Shown piece after piece: positions 58,492 to 64,000 of a stretch of 64,000 nucleotides of DNA. Under the pieces are notes generated by a model, which was not told the origin of the DNA, searched no databases, and saw only the letters and a program-made list of their open reading frames with translations. A program made the position numbers and the translations under genes. Origin of the DNA: Prorocentrum cordatum (Eukaryota); contig CAUYUJ010000186.1 in the NCBI GenBank assembly GCA_963575745.1, positions 1-64,000 of the forward strand, written 5' to 3'. Each line of letters begins with the position of its first letter. Positions within the stretch are counted from its first letter, which is position 1.

Positions 58492-59230
58492 TCACACTTG
58501 AAAAAAGAAACGCCTGGCCCTGGACATGAGGCGTTTGGCCAAAACCCTATTCAAAGCCTGCGGGCACGTCTGGGCCATGGCGGCCCATCGTACACCCTCC
58601 GGGGAATCGCCCTCGAGCTGAGGATGGGGTCGGCCGGTCCGAGTGCAAACGCCGGCTCGCCCGCCGCTAGTCTCACTCGACCTAGTGAGCTCGTCGGGGC
58701 GGAGATGGCTCATCAAGCAACGCGCCCGCTCTCGCCGCCTAGCTCCGAACCGGAAGAAATCTGTCACAACGATTGAAACGATACGCTTCTGAGCGAGATC
58801 AACTAACTCTGGGGTCCTAAACATGTAGCTGCTATGCGGGTTCTCTAATATATACGGAGTGCCCGGGCGGTTACAGGCTGCGATTATCTTCAACACTGCG
58901 CGAAGACATTTGTTACCTACGCTGAGCTTCAACCAATCTTTGTCTGACATCTGAGAGCGAGAAAAACCCCGAGGGCGGGTCGTGCTTCTGTTTGGGGCGG
59001 GAGAAATCTTGGCAATTGAAAAGGAAGCGCGCGGCGGCGCAAGCATCGCGCCCGGGCAAACACCGACTGGACATCTGACACAAGGCGACGGGGCACTTTT
59101 CTGCGAGTCAGGTCTCCGCGCTCACCGCGCTGCAGCTCCCATGTCCGCGCCTGGAAGCCGCGCCTCCCGATGGCGCGCGCAGCGCCACCCTTGCCGGCGA
59201 AGGCGTCTGCGAAGCGCGCGTCTCTCGCAC
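58492..59230 (-). pseudogene. C5 cytosine DNA methyltransferase, decayed
   Basis: FADAFAGKGG (motif I), LAPPRASFS (PC mutated to PR), ILENPHSS, DFFRFGARRRERAR. Confidence 0.75.
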
Positions 59231-59279
59231 GCAGACGCCCGCGGACGGCGAGGGGGCGACCAGTCCGTGGGGGATGATC

Positions 59280-60420
59280 GCCTCGGCGCGTCGCTCGCAC
59301 TCGGCGGCGTACCTCTGGATCTCGATCGGGTGCTCGCGGTAGCCGCTGGCGAGACGTGCGTGTCGCTCGTAGCGTAGCGCGCTCCTGTCCGCTCGCCACT
59401 GCCCTCTCTTCTTGATGTCGGCCAAGCTTCTGAGGTGCCGGGCCGCGTCGATGGACGGCCCCGAGTGACGCGCCTGGCATGGCGCCAGCTTGGGCGCGCC
59501 GATGTCCCGAGCCGCGCGCCGAAAGAACTTCGGCAGGTCGCTGTAGTTGAAGGTCCACAGCGGGCCGTCTCCAGCCGCATCCTTCAGCTCCCTCAACGCA
59601 GGCCCGATCGACTCCGCCCAGCTGGAGTCCAAGAGGGTCGAAACGTTCGCCTCGCCGATCTTGCTCCTGCCGGGCAGCTCCTCGGGTGGGCCAGCAGAGA
59701 CGAGTGGGCGGTCAGCCCCTGGGTCGGAGGCGTCAGTCCCGCGCCCTGCACGCTGAGTAGCTGACCAGGTCTCAGGTAGGTGCTCATCATGATCAGCACA
59801 AAGAGGGCCATGTCTCGCCGCCCCAGAGTCACCAGGGCGTTCATGAGGCCGAACCACACTCCGAGCGCCTCGGGCTTCCGCGAGCGGCCAGGGCACAACT
59901 TGTACCACCCGCGGAGCGCTCGCCAAGCTCGCGGCAGGCGCTTGGAGCCCAGGCGGTTGAAGCTCGGGTGGAGCAGCCAGCCCGCCAGAGTCTTGGCTCC
60001 TCGCGAGGCCTCCACGCCTGCGAATAAGGTCTTCTCGAAGTATCCGGCGAAAAGGCCGTCCAGCTCGGCGTCCCCGACGCGGTCGACGCTCCTCCCCCTC
60101 GACTCGACGTGCTGCTTGAAGCGGTTCACCTCTAGACGGTACTCGGTGTGCACGGGCCTTGTCACTGCTCGCTTCTCCAGCAAGGTCAGCCCGCCCTCGT
60201 GCGCCTCCATGGTCTCCTCGAGGTACTTGCGCAGGCGAGACTCGGACCGATCCAGCAGCACGCGCTGCCGCTTCGCGCCTGCGGCCCCGCTGGCGGATGT
60301 GGTGCCAGTGCTCGACGAGGGCGAGCGCGTCCGCCGGCACCGATCGGGCTGCCTGGCGAAGTCGCCGCTCGCTAGGTCGGGCATGGCTGCGGCCAGTTGC
60401 TCCAGCGTCTGGTGAGCCTT
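59280..60420 (-). pseudogene. Tyrosine recombinase, frameshifted
   Basis: LTLLEKRAV, YLRPGQLL (Arg), QARHSGPS (RH), KRGQW..DRSALRYER (catalytic Tyr). Confidence 0.88.
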
Positions 60421-60654
60421 CGCCGCCGCCTGGCCCTCCACTGGGGCAGCCAGGCGGGGGGTCGGTGAGCGGCCCAAGGCGCGTTCCCGCCGCGGCCGTC
60501 CTACAGCTCGGCCCACCTGGGCGGGGGTCGCCGTCAGCCCGCGCGTCCTCGCCCGAGGCAGTGGCGCGGCTGAGGCTGCGAGCCTGGCCGCTGCAGCGCC
60601 TCGGGACGGCGCTCTCGGCGCTGGGGCGGCCACCAAGCTGCCGTCGGTAGAAAA

Positions 60655-62620
60655 GGGCCCCAGGACGGCCCAAGACGCCTCCAAGACGGCCCAAGAGGCC
60701 ACCAAGACGGCCCCAGGAGAGTGCCCAGACAGGGGACCCGAACGGATATTTCGAGCCCCATCAAGCCCCCAAGAAACCCCGAAGAAACCCCAAGAGGCCC
60801 CAAGAGGCTCCCAAGGGGCCCCCAAACTGCTCCCCAGAGGCCTTCGAGAGCGCTCGGAAGAGACCCCAAGAAGCACCCCTGAGGACTCAACCCGCAGCAG
60901 CGTCGTGGTCGCTACCGCCGCCGCCGCCGTCGTCGTTCCCCTTCAAGGACGGGTCCTGGAGCTCAAAGAGGCCTCTGGACGAGCGAAGATTGCCCCGATA
61001 CGCCTTCAAGACAGTTCAAGAAAACGTGCCGTTCGCAGCCTCTGGAGGGCCCCATAGGCCTGCAAGACGGCAACGGGTGGTTTTTCAACGTTTTCCGGCC
61101 TCCGGAGGTCGTTTCCCGGCCCCGGAACCGCCAAAAAACGATTCAGGATGAAAAATTGGTTCTCAGGCAAGGGTCCAGACCTTAGAGCCTACGTCACAAA
61201 AAGATCCGACGTCGGATATCTGGGAAGGTACGACGCACGGCGGGTTCGGCTCGCCACGACGTCGGCGCTGATTCCCGACGCCGCGTGGAGCGTTCAGCCT
61301 TGAGCGATCGGCGGCTTCCAGATAAGCCGGATCGTTCCATATGGCACGATTCCGGGACACCAGCGGCATTCAACCTTGGACGACCACGGTCGCCGCCGCG
61401 CCGACGCGTCGTGAACCTACCGTATCGCCTGCCTGCTGAGGCCGGTCAGCTCTGCAGGCGGCTCTTTTCGGGAGTTTTTCTTGGAGATAGCACCCGTCCG
61501 AAAGTGGCGTGTTCCTCATGTAATGGATGGAGCCCCCCATCCAGCCACCACGTAGACGTAGATTCGCATTCCTCGAACGCTTGATCCGCCACCGTACCCC
61601 CTGGCACGTTGAGGCGTGGAAGAACGCACAGTGCTGTCTGGTAGAAAGACCCCGCACCTCACAGACCGCGGATCCTCCCATGAATCCCCGAAGAAGCGAA
61701 AACCAGCGATATCCCTTAACTCTTTAATAGATTCTCGCTTCGGGCATCCGTCCGCTGAAGACAGCACAAGATGCCTCCGATATGCCCCAAAGACAGCCAA
61801 GAGAGCCCCAAACTGACCCAAGAGGCCTCCAAGACGGCCTCAAGATGGCGCAAGAGGGGCCCCAAGAGAGCCCCAAGCTGGCCCAAGAAAACCTCTGGAG
61901 GGATCCAAGACGGCCCAGGAAGGCCACCAAGACAACCAAGATATATCAAGATGCCTCCAAGACGCCCAAGATGGCTCCAAGACGGCACGACGGCCCAAGA
62001 TGACCTCAAGGCGGCCCAAGAAGCCATCAAAACCGCCCAAGAGAGCTCCACAAGGATCCTCCAAAAGGCCAGAAAAAAGAAAACATCACCGATTGCCTAA
62101 ACAGTTGTTGAACGATTCTCGCTGCGAACATCCGTCCGCTCAAGACGGCCCTAGAAGCCTCCAACGTTGCCCCAAAACGGCCCAAAAGACCCCCGAAATT
62201 ACCCAATAGGCTTCCAACGCGGCATCCAGACGGTGCAAGAGGGGCCTCTGATGGCCCAGGACCGCACCAAAAAGAGCCCCAAGCTAGCCCACGATGGCCT
62301 TCCGAGGAATCCAAGACGGCCCAGGAACGCCACCAATACCACCAAGATGGCCCAAGACAGCCCAAGAGGGCTCCAACATGACCCTCAGGAGTACCCGAAA
62401 AGACAAACATCGACAATTTCCTTAAATTATTGATAGTTTTTCGCTTAGGGCTTCCGTCAGCTCAAGACGACCCAAGAAGCCTCCAATATTACCCCAAGAC
62501 AGCCCAGGAGAGCCCCAAATTGCCCAGAAGGCCTCCAAGAGTGCCTCGAGACGGCGCAAAAGGAGCCCTGGACGGTCCAAGACGGCCTCAAGAGAGCCCC
62601 AGGCTGTCCCAAGAAAGCCT
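60655..62620. repeat. Degenerate ~11-bp ccaagacggcc/ccaagaggcc repeat tracts with non-repetitive spacer (~60900-61770)
   Basis: Periodic ccaaga motif at 60655-60890 and 61770-62620. Confidence 0.8.
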
Positions 62621-62624
62621 CAGG

Positions 62625-62880
62625 CCTCCTCCTCTTCCTCCTCCTCCTCCTCGTCCTCCTCCTCCTCCTCCTCCTCCTCCTCCTCCTCCTCCTCCTCCTC
62701 CTCCTCTTACCCCCCCCCGTGCTCCCCCGCCTCCTGCTTTCCTCTGCCTCCTTCTCCTCCTTTTGCTTCTCCTCCACTTTCTTCTCCCCCCTCCTCCTCC
62801 CTCATCCACCTCCTCCACCCTTCCTCCACCTTCAACTGATCCTCCTCCCCCTGCCCCCCCTTCGTTTTCATCTTCGTCGT
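62625..62880. repeat. (CCT)n low-complexity tract
   Basis: Directly visible. Confidence 0.9.
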
Positions 62881-63254
62881 TCTCAAGGTCAGCGGCACCG
62901 GCCGTAAGGCCTTCGCAATGGTGGTTGGTTATGCAACAAAAAGAAACATGCAGTGGTCCCAGAGGCTCTGAAACAGTGCTTCGCTGTGTCAGCCCCCGAA
63001 GTTCCAAAACAGTGGTTTAAATTTTCAGAACTGTAGGGCGGCATGCCGACCAAAGGGTTGCATATGGATCATGCGCGGCCACCCCGCGATCACTGTCCAT
63101 TGTCCATTGGTGTGTGACAAAAACCGCGGAGGTGCTGGCACGTTGCCTACTGTGTGCAGGCCCACCAGACGCCATGATGGCCTCCCCGCCGCGATGGTGC
63201 ATTGGCTTTCGACTTGGATGGCGGGGGCTGGCATTTTTCCCGATGCGTCCTGTC

Positions 63255-63435
63255 ACGTGCGCGGGCGCACCTGGCACACTCTGCGCGTGCCCCGGACGTG
63301 GCGCACCTGGCGCGGCTGGACCATGCGGCACACATGGCGGACGTGGAGCACGTGGCGCATCTGGCGTGCGAAGCGTGCCTGGCACGCTTGGGCCCCGCAG
63401 GTGCCTGGCGCACCTGGAGCGCCTGGCACGCGTGG
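63255..63435. repeat. 9-bp minisatellite gcacctggc/gcacgtggc
   Basis: About 20 degenerate 9-mers. Confidence 0.75.
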
Positions 63436-64000
63436 CGAGTTTGAAAGGGGTTGGGAGGCCCAACCAGCAGCTTCGCCTTAGGCGAAACCCAGCTCCCGCT
63501 CTGTTGTGCCGTAGTAGCGATAGTCCCAGTAGTAGGGGGCGAGCCATCGCAAGCAGTTTTGGTATCGATGGCACATGGTACACCTCGCGCTGAGGTGTAG
63601 TCAGATCTGGGCGGCCGGCCGCTTTGAGCCAAGCAGCCGCGGATGCACGCTCGTTCCCACTCACGTGCAACGCCCAGCTCACTTTAGAGTCGGGGGGGAG
63701 GGAGACGAGGCGTGAATCCGCCGCCTCTATATAGCAGGAACAGCAACGACTATTTACAAAAAGGGCAGCAAAAGGGCGGGGCCGTAAGCAAGGTGGGCCC
63801 GCACGCAAGTTGCCTTGCCTGCCCTATACTGTGCACACGAATGCTCCTCAGGCGGCTGCAGAACGAGATGGCTGGCCAGCCCGATAGGGAGTATGACGCT
63901 TTAAGTCATGTTTGAAGGATTGTGTACCTCCCATGACCTGTAGGAGCATTTCTCTGTCGATGTTCCCCTTGGTGTGACCGTCCGCAATCATATCGCGGGT

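Larger units (their letters stand above)
57922..60650 (-). mobile_element. 3' fragment of a second YR retrotransposon (YR + MTase + terminal direct repeats)
   Basis: ~145-bp direct repeats 57922-58067 and 58323-58466 lie downstream of the MTase; the 5' part is lost at the repeat tract starting ~60655. Confidence 0.8.

Noticed and set aside
63017..63808. 263-aa ORF as a host gene
   Set aside because: Partly built from a 9-bp minisatellite and has no recognisable domain; short host exons cannot be excluded.

Overview
This is GC-rich, repeat-saturated eukaryotic DNA with no recognisable host gene. The retroelement architecture (methyltransferase-carrying tyrosine-recombinase elements, Copia polyproteins) resembles dinoflagellate genomes; that assignment is inference. 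The window is a scaffold of tandem-repeat arrays into which retrotransposons have inserted, all on the minus strand. (1) A giant 18.4-kb Ty1/Copia element (7362-25781; 196-bp LTRs, CCCAA target-site duplication, half-tRNA-type primer site). Its gag-pol is followed, probably in-frame, by about 8 kb of extra coding sequence containing a clear Tpt1/KptA (RNA 2'-phosphotransferase, ADP-ribosyltransferase fold) domain and a possible SGNH-hydrolase domain. (2) A 7.4-kb Copia element (43403-50807; 125-bp LTRs, CACAG target-site duplication) with an apparently circularly permuted aspartic protease and a degenerate C5-methyltransferase-like domain between integrase and RT. (3) Two decayed DIRS/Ngaro-like tyrosine-recombinase retroelements with split direct repeats and a C5 DNA methyltransferase. 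(4) An old Copia remnant. The most notable candidate system is the Tpt1-encoding giant Copia, followed by the permuted protease. All protein assignments come from motif recognition by eye, not from database searches.
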